From Pirellulales bacterium (GTDB lineage: Bacteria; Planctomycetota; Planctomycetia; Pirellulales; JBGAPH01), in assembly GCA_046349955.1 (NCBI GenBank), contig JAXMBI010000004.1, forward strand, positions 28,237 to 92,236: a stretch of DNA of 64,000 bases, read 5' to 3'. The position numbers and the translations under genes are program-made. A model generated the notes under the pieces. The model was not told where the DNA came from, searched no databases, and saw nothing but the letters and a program-made list of their open reading frames with translations. Shown here piece after piece: positions 7,141 through 16,833 of the stretch; position 1 is the first letter of the stretch, and each line of letters begins with the position of its first letter.

Positions 7141-8556
7141 ATGATGCCGAAAAATTTAACAGCCCAGTCGCCTCGCTGGCAAGCCCGCGCTTGCGTCTCT
7201 CTGCGCGGCGCTGGCCCCCTGTTCGTCGGGGCGGTCGGGTTGCTGCTCATGCTCTCGCTGGGCGCAGCTCCAGTGCGAGCCGGCGATCCGGTCAAGCCCT
7301 GGGTCGAAGCCCAGCTTCCGCGGCTGCTCGAGTTCTACAAAGAACTCCACCAGGCGCCGGAGCTCTCGCTGCGTGAAGAGCAAACTGCCCAGCGCGTCGC
7401 CGCACAGTGGCGAGACGCCGGGTTTCAAGTCACCGAGCACGTGGGCGGCCACGGCATCGTGGGCCTGCTCCAGAACGGCGACGGTAAAACGCTGATGCTC
7501 CGTTGCGATCTCGACGCCCTGCCCGTGAGCGAGCAGACGGGCCTCAAGTACGCCTCGACGGCGACGACCACGGGCGAGGATGGTTCTACGACCGGCGTCA
7601 TGCACGCCTGCGGCCACGACGTTCACATGACCTGCTCGGTCGGCGTGGCGGCGTTTCTGGCCGCGCACAAAGACCTATGGCGCGGCACGGTGATGCTGGT
7701 CGGCCAGCCGGCCGAGGAGCGGGGCATGGGCGCCCGCGCGATGCTCAATGACGGCCTGTTCGACCGCTTTCCCAAGCCAGACTACGCAGTCGCTCTGCAC
7801 TGCGACTCGACGATTCCCTCGGGGCAGATCGGCTACCGCCCAGGATACGCGCTGGCCAATGTCGACAGCGTCGACATCACGGTCCGCGGCCGCGGCGGGC
7901 ACGGCGCCTATCCGCACACCACGATCGACCCGGTCGTGCAGGCAGCTCACCTGATTCTCGACCTGCAGACGATCGTCAGCCGCGAGGTGAAGCCCACCGA
8001 GCCTTCGGTGATCACGGTCGGCTCGATCCATGCTGGCACGAAGCACAATGTGATTGCCGACCAGTGCAAATTGCAGCTCACGGTGCGCAGCTATTCCGAC
8101 GACGTCCGCGCGCAGCTCAAGGCGGCCATCGTCCGCAAGGCCAAGGCCGCCGCAGCCGCCTTCGCTGCTCCCGAGCCGACGATCGAATTCACCGACGGCA
8201 CGCCGGCCATGTTCAACGACCGCCAGCTCGCGGAACACGTGGCCGAGGTCTTTTGCAAGCGGTTTGGGCACGAGCAGATCGTGCTGACCGACCCGTCGAT
8301 GGGAGGCGAGGACTTCAGCGAATACGGCCGCCGCGGCGTGTCGAGCTTCATGTATTGGCTCGGCACGATCGACGCCCACCGTCTGGCCGGCTACACGCGC
8401 GTCGGTCAGGCGCCTCCCTCCTTGCACTCGCCTCTCTTCTACCCCGACCCCGAGCCAACCCTGAAAACGGGCGTCGAGTCGTTGGCCGCGGCCGCGCTCG
8501 ACCTGTTGGCGGTCGAGAAGGAAGACAAGACTGATAAGCGCAAGGCAGCGCCGTGA
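7141..8556 (+). CDS. M20D-family amidohydrolase (N-acyl-amino acid amidohydrolase/hippuricase-like), exported
   Basis: It carries the HACGHDVH metal-binding motif, the GQPAEE motif and a dimerisation-domain layout typical of M20D, plus an N-terminal hydrophobic signal. Confidence 0.85.
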   Translation: MMPKNLTAQSPRWQARACVSLRGAGPLFVGAVGLLLMLSLGAAPVRAGDPVKPWVEAQLPRLLEFYKELHQAPELSLREEQTAQRVAAQWRDAGFQVTEHVGGHGIVGLLQNGDGKTLMLRCDLDALPVSEQTGLKYASTATTTGEDGSTTGVMHACGHDVHMTCSVGVAAFLAAHKDLWRGTVMLVGQPAEERGMGARAMLNDGLFDRFPKPDYAVALHCDSTIPSGQIGYRPGYALANVDSVDITVRGRGGHGAYPHTTIDPVVQAAHLILDLQTIVSREVKPTEPSVITVGSIHAGTKHNVIADQCKLQLTVRSYSDDVRAQLKAAIVRKAKAAAAAFAAPEPTIEFTDGTPAMFNDRQLAEHVAEVFCKRFGHEQIVLTDPSMGGEDFSEYGRRGVSSFMYWLGTIDAHRLAGYTRVGQAPPSLHSPLFYPDPEPTLKTGVESLAAAALDLLAVEKEDKTDKRKAAP

Positions 8557-8942
8557 GCGGCGGGCGCAAGCGGATTGTGCTGGCTTGGCTGGCCGGGTGG
8601 CTGTTGCTCATGGCTGGCGGCGGGTGGCTGCTCGCCGACCTGCGCGCGCGAGTGCTCGAGGAAGGAGCCCAGACCGAAGCTCGCCAAGAGTGGCAGACCT
8701 GGAAGGAGGCCGTGGAGCGCGGCGATGCGCAGCTTGGGCCGGTAGCCCGCCGGCCCCTCAAGAGCGACGAGCCCCCCGCGGTGGTGCTCCTGCGCGACCA
8801 TTTTGCCGCGGTGGCGGCGGGCTGCGGAGTGTTCGTCAGCCTGACCTATCTTTTCTTGGCCGTGACCGTGACCGGCCTCTGGTCCTCGCCCACCCATGGC
8901 GCGACCCCGCGTCCCGCGCCCAGCACCCATGACCGCAAGTAG
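8553..8942 (+). CDS. Small two-TM membrane protein of unknown function
   Basis: A GTG start overlaps the upstream TGA (GTGA), which suggests translational coupling. It has two hydrophobic segments (VLAWLAGWLLLMAGGGWLL and GCGVFVSLTYLFLAVTVTGL). Confidence 0.45.
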   Translation: MSGGRKRIVLAWLAGWLLLMAGGGWLLADLRARVLEEGAQTEARQEWQTWKEAVERGDAQLGPVARRPLKSDEPPAVVLLRDHFAAVAAGCGVFVSLTYLFLAVTVTGLWSSPTHGATPRPAPSTHDRK

Positions 8943-9384
8943 CGAGCCGCGCATCGTCGCCGCCCCGGTTATGCATCGACCGGTGACCGTGCGATCGTGG
9001 CCCGCCCGAGACGCGGGCTGGTGGGCTGTCGTTTCCGCCGGTGGGCTCTGCGCCTCAGCGGCGTTGCTCGGCCTGACGTGCCGCAGTTGGCTCGTGGGGG
9101 CAGCCGGCGGCGGCCTCGTGGCCTTCGCCTCGTGGCGCTATTGGCTGCCGGTCTATTTCGATCTCGACGCCAGTGGAATCACGCAGCGCCTTGGCCGGCG
9201 GCGCTGGCGCATTCCGTGGACCGCTATCGGCGGCTACGCACTCCGCCCGCAGGGCGTAGCGCTCTGGGCCGCCGACGCCGGCAGCCTGGCCGCCTCGGCG
9301 CGAGCGATCGTGATTCCTTGGAACGGGCAGAGCGGCACGCTGCTGGCGGCCATTGCCGAACACCTGGGGCCGCCTACGGCCTGA
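8896..9384 (+). CDS. Membrane protein with a bacterial PH-like C-terminal region (unknown function); the start may be the ATG at 8929
   Basis: Two TM segments (WWAVVSAGGLCASAALLGL and GGGLVAFASWRYWL) are followed by GITQRLGRRRWRIPWTAIGGYAL, which resembles YdbS/bPH-type domains. It overlaps the upstream gene end. Confidence 0.45.
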   Translation: MARPRVPRPAPMTASSEPRIVAAPVMHRPVTVRSWPARDAGWWAVVSAGGLCASAALLGLTCRSWLVGAAGGGLVAFASWRYWLPVYFDLDASGITQRLGRRRWRIPWTAIGGYALRPQGVALWAADAGSLAASARAIVIPWNGQSGTLLAAIAEHLGPPTA

Positions 9385-9434
9385 ATTGCTCGTCGGCTTT
9401 GGGCTACTACCCCGCGTTGCGAGGACAGCGCGGG

Positions 9435-9839
9435 TTACTCAGCCGCCTGATCGGCCAAGACTTCCTCGAGCGGCACTTGGCCGACCTTTTGATAGCCCAG
9501 GCCTCGCAGGACTTCCAGCAGCTCGCTGCAGGTGGGGAACATCCGGCCGCTCTTCCGTTTGTATTGGTCGAGGGCCTGCATGAACTCGACCTCTTCGTTC
9601 GTGTAGTCGCGCTCGCAGGTGGTGGGATCGATCTGCCGGCGGCGATTCACTTTGGCGCGGCGCTCGAGCGGCCGGCGCTCGACCGTGGGGCTGGGCGCGG
9701 CCGACGCACTGGCGGCCCGCTTCTCGTTCGTCCGTCGCTCGGTGCGGCGACGATCCACGGTGACGATCGATTCTCCAGCAGACGCCTTCGATTGACGGGC
9801 CTTGACCATGCCTGCGAATTCCCCCGAGGAAGGATGCAC
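9435..9839 (-). CDS. Hypothetical protein with an Arg-rich disordered N-terminus and a conserved-looking C-terminal helical domain
   Basis: The C-terminus is [45 protein letters not shown]. The ORF has a coding-like codon pattern. An alternative start lies at 9809 (MVKARQ). Confidence 0.5.
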   Translation of the reverse strand: MHPSSGEFAGMVKARQSKASAGESIVTVDRRRTERRTNEKRAASASAAPSPTVERRPLERRAKVNRRRQIDPTTCERDYTNEEVEFMQALDQYKRKSGRMFPTCSELLEVLRGLGYQKVGQVPLEEVLADQAAE

Positions 9840-10028
9840 GTGCTAAGCTGGGAAGTTTAGCTCGACTGTTGCATTAAGGAATCGGCAGTAAGTCCCTTCC
9901 TCTTGCGAAGCTGGCGAAACAAGCGAGGGTTTGCCGGCTGGATCGATTGTGCCGGCGCGGGGAGGGCCCGGGCAGGACATAGAAGGCCGCCGCCAGGGGG
10001 CTTCGTCCCGCCTCGATTCCCAAGGGTT

Positions 10029-10988
10029 CTAAGGCAGCACGACGGGCAGCTCGTCGGTCCGGTTGCCCAGCCGGCGGTGCATTTCCAGATCGATGGCGTA
10101 GCTGATCCACCGCACCGAACTGTCGCACATCGCCATGGCGAAGGAACCGACATGGGGGCTGCCAAAGCAGCTCGACTGCGACACGCCGGGCCGGTCTTGC
10201 TGCGGCGGATAGCTCTTGCCCGTCCAGCGCGTGATGTCGACGGCGTGGCCGCAGAAGGCCGTCTCGTTGTTGCCGGCGTCCGCGCCCCCCTCGTAGTCGT
10301 CGGGCTGCAGATACTTCTCGCCGACCAAGTAGGTGTTCGTCGTGCCGTCGAAGATTTCCGCGATCTTCACCTCGCTGCGGAAATAGATCACGCCGTTCAA
10401 GTGAGCGGTGCTGGGCCAGTTGTAAGTGGCGCGATCCGCCGCCTCGAGGGTCGAGGGACCGAGATTCGTGGGAAAGATCGTGTCGCCGCCATTCGAGGCG
10501 TAGTCGTTCTTGGCCACTCGCTCTACATAGCTGGCGTTGTAGTAGGTGAACTCCGTGTACAGCACCCGCGTCCGCCGCCGCGCGGGGCAGTAGAACATGT
10601 TGACCGGCGTGGCCAGCCGCTCGGCGATCGCCTTGGCGCGGGCGGTCGACGTGAGGCCGCGCCCCCAGTCGTGCAACGCTCCCTGCTCGATGAACGGCAG
10701 CACGTTGTAGAGCCAGCCCCCCGGCTGCTCCTTGCCATACCCGCGGTCAGGGTCGCCGGTCCACAGCGTGTTCCAACCGTTGGTGGGCAGATGTTTTTGC
10801 TGGTCATGGTGAATCGCCATTCCCAGCGAGATCTGCTTGAGGTTGTTGGCGCATTGCGTGCGCCGGGCGGCTTCGCGCGCGGACTGCACGGCGGGCAGCA
10901 ACAGCGAGATGAGAATGCCGATGATGGCGATCACCACGAGCAGTTCCACCAAGGTGAAACCGCTCCGCCTGCGGATGTTGTTCAGCAT
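10029..10988 (-). CDS. DUF1559 domain protein with a prepilin-type N-terminal cleavage/methylation motif
   Basis: The ATG at 10988 gives [46 protein letters not shown]. The C-terminal H-x9-D motif ([12 protein letters not shown]) is typical of the planctomycetal H-X9-DG family. Confidence 0.9.
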   Translation of the reverse strand: MLNNIRRRSGFTLVELLVVIAIIGILISLLLPAVQSAREAARRTQCANNLKQISLGMAIHHDQQKHLPTNGWNTLWTGDPDRGYGKEQPGGWLYNVLPFIEQGALHDWGRGLTSTARAKAIAERLATPVNMFYCPARRRTRVLYTEFTYYNASYVERVAKNDYASNGGDTIFPTNLGPSTLEAADRATYNWPSTAHLNGVIYFRSEVKIAEIFDGTTNTYLVGEKYLQPDDYEGGADAGNNETAFCGHAVDITRWTGKSYPPQQDRPGVSQSSCFGSPHVGSFAMAMCDSSVRWISYAIDLEMHRRLGNRTDELPVVLP

Positions 10989-11074
10989 CGCCGTCGCGTC
11001 GTCTCGAGGAGATGGCCCCCTGCCTCTGGCCATCCTAAGCGATTTCCGCCAAAAAGAGCAACGTTTGGGCGAGT

Positions 11075-11152
11075 GGCGAGCGGCCGGCGAAAAGCCGGCC
11101 GAGATTTTTGCGATTGGCCCTCTCATCAGCCGGCTGACGCCGGCCGCTCGCC
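11075..11152. repeat. Palindromic intergenic element of the GGCGAGCGGCCGGCG family
   Basis: The left arm is GGCGAGCGGCCGGCGAAAAGCCGGC (from 11075). The right arm, AGCCGGCTGACGCCGGCCGCTCGCC (to 11152), is its near-perfect reverse complement. Each arm contains its own GCCGGC-N3/4-GCCGGC hairpin. The architecture matches 55805-55897. Confidence 0.8.
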
Positions 11153-11181
11153 GTCAGGGGCAATGGGCAAGCCTCGAGTGA

Positions 11182-14145
11182 CTAGTTGACCTGGCCCAGA
11201 TAGGCCAGCAGATCGGCCATGGCTTGCGGGTCGATTTGCTGCTCGAGCCCTTCCGGCATCAGCGAGCGCCCCTGGCTGGTCATCGACTCGACGTCGCGGC
11301 GGGCGACCGTGTCCTCGAGCCCCTCGGCGCGGCGCAGCACGATGCTGGCGCTCGATTCCGAGGCGATCATCCCCGTCAGCACGCGGCCATCGGCGGTCGT
11401 GAGCGTGTACGACACATACTGCGGGTTCACCTCGCGGTTGGGCTCGAGCACTGCCAGCAAGATCGCCTCGGGGCCACGGGCCTTGATGGCCGCCAGCGGC
11501 GGTCCGATCTCGTGCCCTACCCCTTCGAGCTTGTGGCAGGTAGCGCACTGGGCGCGAAACACGGCGCGGCCGCGATCGACATTTCCGCTCAGTTCGAGGG
11601 CCGCCCGGTAGCGGGTGGTCAGCGTCGCCCGCGCGCTCTCTTCGGCGGCGGCGAAACGGGCCACCGCCTGGCGAACGTTTTCCTCCGGGTGGGCTCGCAG
11701 TTGTTGCCGCTGCGCCGTGGAGAGTTCGTTCCAGGGGAAGCGTTCGCCGGCCAGTGCCTCGGCCAACGGCGCGGTCAGCGCAGGGTACGAAAGAACCACA
11801 TCGACGAGCGGCGCTCGTGCCGCGGGCTCCAGCTTCAACAGCGCGGCAAAAGCCTCTCCCGCATCCGTACGCGCCAATGCCGCGAGCGCGTCGCGTTGCA
11901 GTTGGAGCGGCTCCTCGGCCGCCAACAAGGGCAACAATGCGGCCGGCTCTGCGCCCTTCAGCCTTACCATCAGCGCGAGCGCCTCCTGCCGCTGAGCGTC
12001 GCGTTGCTGGCGATCTGTCAGAATCGCGGTGGCCCGCGCCGCTTGCTGGGCGATGAGCCGTTCGGCGTCAGGGCCCAGGTCCTTCCATCGCACTTTCCAG
12101 TCGCCGCCACTGCGAGCCAGTCCGTCGGTTACCCCTTTGAGCACGGCCGCCGCGATCTCCGGCATTGCTTTTTGGCAGGCGGACACGAGCGCGGTGAGCT
12201 CGTCGCGTCGTCCCTGTCCACCGACTTGGCGGGCCAGCGATTCGAGCAGCGTGGGCGCAGCCGATTCGGCGCAATAGGCCTCATCCTCGAGTAGCGTTGT
12301 CAGCAGCTTGGCCGCGGAATCGGCGACCGAGCTCTGCACCGCGAATCGCATGAGCGGCTCGGCCCCATCGCGCCGCGCCAGCGCCGCCAAGGCCGGAGTG
12401 CGGAGGTCGGCCGGCAAGCCCGCCAGGCGAAATGCCAGCTCGAGCCGCACGCGCGGATCGGGATCGTTCATCAGCTCCTGTGCGAGAGCCGACAGGCGCG
12501 CTGAGGCGGCGAAGCGCTGTTCCGCCAACCGCACGGCGTGCTCCCGCACGCGGGGATGAGCGTCGACGAGCGCGCTTGCCAGATCGTCGTCGGCCAGCGC
12601 GCTCCGCCCGGCGAGCAACCATAGAGCTTGTAAGCGACGTTGGGCCAAGCCGCTGCCGGAGAGCGCCTTGCGCAGCCCATGTTCGGCCGCTGGGTCGGCG
12701 CGCTCGCGGAGCAGCCGGGCAGCCGTTTCCCGCTGCCAGGAGCGCGGGCTGTCGAGCGCGGCCACAAGTTCGGACGTCGTCGCCCGCTCCAGCGGGCGCA
12801 CCGGTTCTCGGCGGAAGTTCTCCGGCACGACCCGGTAGATCCGGCCCCGGTCGTTGCCGCTGTTCAGGTCGAGTTGCTGCTTGATCGGGCCGGGTAAACT
12901 CGCGGGATGCTCCACCACCTCGCGGTACATGTCGGCTACATAGAGCGACCCATCGGGGGCGTTGGCGAACTGCACCGGGCGGAACCAAGTGTCGTCCGAG
13001 GCGATGAACTCGGCGCCTTCGTCGACCCGCTCGGCCCGAAGTTCGAGGCCGTGCTCCACCAGACGCTTGCGATGGACGAGGTTGCTGCCAACGTCGGCCA
13101 CCACGGCCCAGCCGCGCATTTCGGCGGGCCAGGCATCGCCGCGGTAGATCGTCACTCCGGTGGCGCTCGTGAAGTAGCCCGAGGCCCGGCCTCCCCCTTC
13201 GACGGGCCCCTCGACCTTGCCGGCCACGCGCAGCCGCGTGCGCAGGATCCGCCACGGCTCGACAGGACTCGCGCGAAACACTTCGGCCTGCGGGCCGTCG
13301 GCGGCGATGCTGACGGTTGGCTGCGGCGCCGGGGCCCAGGGATTCCGCGTGTGCAAATCGTCGTCGACGAGCACCTGGCGAATGTGATCGCTATTGGAAC
13401 AAACGAAGCGCCGACCCCAGTCGTCGAACGAAAGGCCGTGCTGCCCGCCGCCGGTCACGGCCGCGAGTTCGAGCGTTCGCGGATCGAAAGCGAAGTCGCG
13501 GCCCCGTAGGTCGACCGCCTCGCTCTCGGGCTGCTCCGGCCGCCGCACGTGCCCGCCCGAGGCGCTCGTGGCCCCGTAAATCCGGCCATCCAGTCCCCAG
13601 GCGAACGAGTTGAGCAGCCCCTGCACGTTGCTGCGGCCAAAGCCGGTGAGAACTACCCGGCGCTGGTCGGCCCGTCCGTCGCCGTCGTCGTCCCTAGCGA
13701 ACAGGATGTCGGGCGCCGCCCCGACAAACACTCCCCCGTTTGCGCAAATCACAGCAGTTGGCCACGATAGGCCCTCGAGGTAGACCGCGCTGCGGTCGTA
13801 GCGGCCGTCGCCATCGGTGTCTTCCAACCGCCGCACCCTGCCGAGGCGGTCTTGGTCGCGCTCCGAGTAGTCGCACATCTCGACGACGTACAGGCGGCCG
13901 GCTTCGTCGAAACTCATGGCCACCGGATCGGCCAGCAGCGGCTCGGCCGCGGCGAGTTCCAAGCGAAAGCCCGGGGCAACGTGAAACGACTCGAGCGCCT
14001 CTTCGGGCGGGCGCGGGGCGACGCGGGGGAGTTCGGGAGCCGCAAGCTCGTCGGCAGGCTCCGCCGCGGCGAGCAGCGCCGGCATCGAGAGCAGTGCGAG
14101 CAGAGCCGCGGCCCACCGGCAGCGATCGGTCATGAGGGAAATCAC
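11182..14145 (-). CDS. PVC-type heme-binding CxxCH protein (membrane-bound dehydrogenase-like beta-propeller, HEAT repeats and a C-terminal cytochrome c domain)
   Basis: It has a signal peptide and an N-terminal propeller-like region with DGDGR/DDGDGRAD loops. Long HEAT-like helical repeats follow (DPRVRLELAF..., HPRVREHAV...). The C-terminal CATCHKLEGVGHEIGPPL is a cytochrome c motif. Confidence 0.85.
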   Translation of the reverse strand: MISLMTDRCRWAAALLALLSMPALLAAAEPADELAAPELPRVAPRPPEEALESFHVAPGFRLELAAAEPLLADPVAMSFDEAGRLYVVEMCDYSERDQDRLGRVRRLEDTDGDGRYDRSAVYLEGLSWPTAVICANGGVFVGAAPDILFARDDDGDGRADQRRVVLTGFGRSNVQGLLNSFAWGLDGRIYGATSASGGHVRRPEQPESEAVDLRGRDFAFDPRTLELAAVTGGGQHGLSFDDWGRRFVCSNSDHIRQVLVDDDLHTRNPWAPAPQPTVSIAADGPQAEVFRASPVEPWRILRTRLRVAGKVEGPVEGGGRASGYFTSATGVTIYRGDAWPAEMRGWAVVADVGSNLVHRKRLVEHGLELRAERVDEGAEFIASDDTWFRPVQFANAPDGSLYVADMYREVVEHPASLPGPIKQQLDLNSGNDRGRIYRVVPENFRREPVRPLERATTSELVAALDSPRSWQRETAARLLRERADPAAEHGLRKALSGSGLAQRRLQALWLLAGRSALADDDLASALVDAHPRVREHAVRLAEQRFAASARLSALAQELMNDPDPRVRLELAFRLAGLPADLRTPALAALARRDGAEPLMRFAVQSSVADSAAKLLTTLLEDEAYCAESAAPTLLESLARQVGGQGRRDELTALVSACQKAMPEIAAAVLKGVTDGLARSGGDWKVRWKDLGPDAERLIAQQAARATAILTDRQQRDAQRQEALALMVRLKGAEPAALLPLLAAEEPLQLQRDALAALARTDAGEAFAALLKLEPAARAPLVDVVLSYPALTAPLAEALAGERFPWNELSTAQRQQLRAHPEENVRQAVARFAAAEESARATLTTRYRAALELSGNVDRGRAVFRAQCATCHKLEGVGHEIGPPLAAIKARGPEAILLAVLEPNREVNPQYVSYTLTTADGRVLTGMIASESSASIVLRRAEGLEDTVARRDVESMTSQGRSLMPEGLEQQIDPQAMADLLAYLGQVN

Positions 14146-14313
14146 TTGGCAGACGGCGGGAAGCGGGCGGAACGGAGGCCGAAAGGTGCGGCGACCCGTA
14201 TTCTGCGAGGGTAGTCCCCCGGCGGCTGAGCCGCAATTGCTCCTGCGTTGCTTGCCCGGCTTACCGGATCAATGAGCGGTTCATGAGGAATTGATGAGAA
14301 AGCCAAAAAACAG

Positions 14314-14342
14314 TTGACTTGGCATGCGGCTGGCCGCAAAAT
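14314..14342 (+). promoter_or_regulatory. Candidate sigma70-type promoter upstream of 14390
   Basis: TTGACT (14314-14319), a 17-nt spacer, then CAAAAT (14337-14342). AAGGAAG lies just upstream of the ATG. This is a pattern match only. Confidence 0.25.
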
Positions 14343-14389
14343 CCAAGACGCACGCAAGGCCCAAGCGGCGTTTCGCCTGAAGGAAGTCG

Positions 14390-15124
14390 ATGAGTGCGGC
14401 TGCTCCCCTGATCTGTCAGCCCTTCTGGGCTACCCATTTCTACGCGTTTCCTTGGTCGGAGCATCCGCAGGAAGCGCCCGGGCTCATTAAGTACCTGTAT
14501 TCGCTCCGCGACCAGCAGGCCGCCCGCGTTTCGAGCGGGGTCGCCGTGGCGGCGAAGTCGAGCTACGGGCTTTACGAGGGGGATTTCGATCTTTTCGCCC
14601 GCGAACACGCGGGACTGTCGAAGCTCAAGGCGTTCATCGTCGACTCGGTGAAGCGCGCCGTGATCCATGTCAACGGCGGCAAGCAGGACGCGTCGCGCCT
14701 AGCGGTCGAAATCGACGACGCCTGGTACCACATCACCAACCAGGGCGGCTACCACGACACGCACGTGCATGGGGGCTGCTCCTGGTGCGGCATCTACTAC
14801 CTCCAAATTGGCGATTCCGGTCGGCGCCGCGAAGGGGGCGCGCCCAACGGCGGCAGCCGCTTCTATTCACCGCTGTGGCGCGGCGGCGGCCATTCGGACT
14901 ACGGCAACAACTATCTCAGCACCAGCTACGTCGATCCGCCCATGCAGGATGGCGTGTTGCTGCTGTTCCCTTCGTACCTGCTCCACAGTGGCCTCCCCTA
15001 CACGGGCCAGCAGGACCGGATCGTGATTGCCTTCAATTCCCGCACGAAGCTGTTGCCTGCCGGGGTGGCGGTGCCCAGCGACGCAGGGGCCGCGGCGTTA
15101 TCTGCTGTTCCGACAACCGCTTGA
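14390..15124 (+). CDS. TIGR02466-like putative 2OG-Fe(II) oxygenase superfamily protein
   Basis: AWYHITNQGGYHDTHVHGGCSWCGIYYL and LLLFPSYLLHSGLPY match my memory of the conserved H-x-(D/H)...H jelly-roll pattern of the TIGR02466/2OG-FeII_Oxy_5 family. Confidence 0.6.
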   Translation: MSAAAPLICQPFWATHFYAFPWSEHPQEAPGLIKYLYSLRDQQAARVSSGVAVAAKSSYGLYEGDFDLFAREHAGLSKLKAFIVDSVKRAVIHVNGGKQDASRLAVEIDDAWYHITNQGGYHDTHVHGGCSWCGIYYLQIGDSGRRREGGAPNGGSRFYSPLWRGGGHSDYGNNYLSTSYVDPPMQDGVLLLFPSYLLHSGLPYTGQQDRIVIAFNSRTKLLPAGVAVPSDAGAAALSAVPTTA

Positions 15125-15291
15125 GTTGAATCAGGCGCGATCCGGGGTGCGCCTGGGCCGCGGCGCCGTCCTGACTCCGGACCGGCCGGCAGGTATACTA
15201 GGGAGATTCGGCCCTTTGCGGGCCTGGGCCGTTTCTGATCGGCTCCGTGATCTCCGTCTGAGTTTCCGCCGGACAAGCTGCGTCGCAACTT

Positions 15292-16779
15292 ATGATCTGT
15301 GTGAGCATTGGGCGGGGCCGCCACCGCCACATGATCGCCGAGCACAAGCACCTGGTGGAGCAAGGGGCCAAGCTGGTCGAGCTGCGGCTCGACTACATCA
15401 ATGGCGAGGTGAACCTGCGCCGCTTGGTCGACGACCGTCCCTGCCCCGTCATCGTCACCTGCCGCCGCGAGCGGGACGGCGGCAAATGGGCCGGCGACGA
15501 GGCCTCCCGGCTGATGCTGCTGCGCTCGGCGATCGCCAAAGGGGTGGAGTACGTCGACCTCGAAGAAGACGTTGCCACGACGATCACCCGCTACGGACCG
15601 ACCAAGCGGATCATCAGCCTGCACGACTTTCGCAAGACGCCCGATGACTTGCCCGCGGTGTACGCCCGCCTTGCGGCGCTCGACGCCGATGTGGTGAAGC
15701 TGGCGACGATGGCCAACAATCCGCACGACAACTTGCGGATGCTCGAGCTGATCCGCTCGAGCAACAAGCCCACGGTCGGCATGTGCATGGGGGAGATCGG
15801 CACCCCCTCGCGAATTCTCAGCGGCCGGTTTGGCTCGCCGTTCACCTACAGCACCTTCAGCCACGAGCGGACGCTCGCCCCCGGGCAACTCAGCTTCGGC
15901 GACATGAAGGATCTCTATCACTATGAGGAGATCAAGCCCGACACCGCCGTCTACGGCGTGATCGCCGACCCGGTGCGGCATAGCATGAGCCCGCTCGTGC
16001 ATAACACGGCCTTTCGCAAGCTCGGAGTGAACGCCGTGTATGTTCCCTTCCGCGTGCCGCGCGAGGACCTGGCGCAGTTCCTCGACGACGCGCCCGGCTA
16101 CGGCATCCGCGGCCTGAGCGTGACGATTCCGCACAAGGAGTCGGTCGTGCCCAAACTCTCGAAGTCCGACGGCGCGGTCCGCGGCATCGGCGCGGCCAAC
16201 TCGATCGTCTTCGAAGGGGAGGAGCGGCTCGGCTACAACACCGACTACCGGGCCGCCATGGACAGCCTCGACAACGCCGCGGGGCACCTGGGCGGCAAGC
16301 AAAACTTCTTCGAAGGCCGCAAAGCCATGGTGCTGGGGGCCGGCGGCGCGGCCAAGGCCATCGCCTTCGGACTCAAGCGGCGCGGCGCCAAGGTGATGAT
16401 CACCGGCCGCACGCCGGAGCGGGCTGCCGAGCTGGCCCAGCGGCTCGAGTGCAGCGCCGTGGAATGGGACCTCCGGCACGGCCTCCGGCCCGAGGTTCTG
16501 ATCAACTGCACGCCCGTCGGCATGCACCCGCACGTCGACGAATCGCCGTTCGACCGCGAGTACTTGCAGCCCTCGATGCTGGTGTTCGACACGGTCTACA
16601 ACCCCGAAAACACGCTGCTCGTCAAGGAAGCCCGCGGCCGCAACTGCACGGTCATCACCGGCGTGGAAATGTTCGTCCGCCAGGCGGCCCTGCAGTTCAA
16701 GCTGTTCACGGGGCAAGACCCGCCCTGGGAGCTGATGCGCGACACGCTGAAGCGGGCGATCGGGCCCGTGAAGTACTAG
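15292..16779 (+). CDS. aroDE: Bifunctional type I 3-dehydroquinate dehydratase / shikimate 5-dehydrogenase
   Basis: The N-terminal half is a type I DHQase pattern (ELRLDY..., VVKLATMA with the Schiff-base Lys context). The C-terminal half is an AroE pattern (HSMSPLVHNTAF, GLSVTIPHK, VLGAGGAAKA Rossmann). Confidence 0.9.
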   Translation: MICVSIGRGRHRHMIAEHKHLVEQGAKLVELRLDYINGEVNLRRLVDDRPCPVIVTCRRERDGGKWAGDEASRLMLLRSAIAKGVEYVDLEEDVATTITRYGPTKRIISLHDFRKTPDDLPAVYARLAALDADVVKLATMANNPHDNLRMLELIRSSNKPTVGMCMGEIGTPSRILSGRFGSPFTYSTFSHERTLAPGQLSFGDMKDLYHYEEIKPDTAVYGVIADPVRHSMSPLVHNTAFRKLGVNAVYVPFRVPREDLAQFLDDAPGYGIRGLSVTIPHKESVVPKLSKSDGAVRGIGAANSIVFEGEERLGYNTDYRAAMDSLDNAAGHLGGKQNFFEGRKAMVLGAGGAAKAIAFGLKRRGAKVMITGRTPERAAELAQRLECSAVEWDLRHGLRPEVLINCTPVGMHPHVDESPFDREYLQPSMLVFDTVYNPENTLLVKEARGRNCTVITGVEMFVRQAALQFKLFTGQDPPWELMRDTLKRAIGPVKY

Positions 16780-16833
16780 CGCTGCGTCGCAGCCCGGGAA
16801 CAAAGCTGTACACAGCGCTCGCGCCCTCGCCTG

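Noticed and set aside
14998-16803. A 601-aa minus-strand ORF covering the aroD/aroE region.
   Set aside because: It is antisense to a gene with unambiguous DHQase and shikimate dehydrogenase motifs. Its translation is featureless and Arg/Gly/His-rich.
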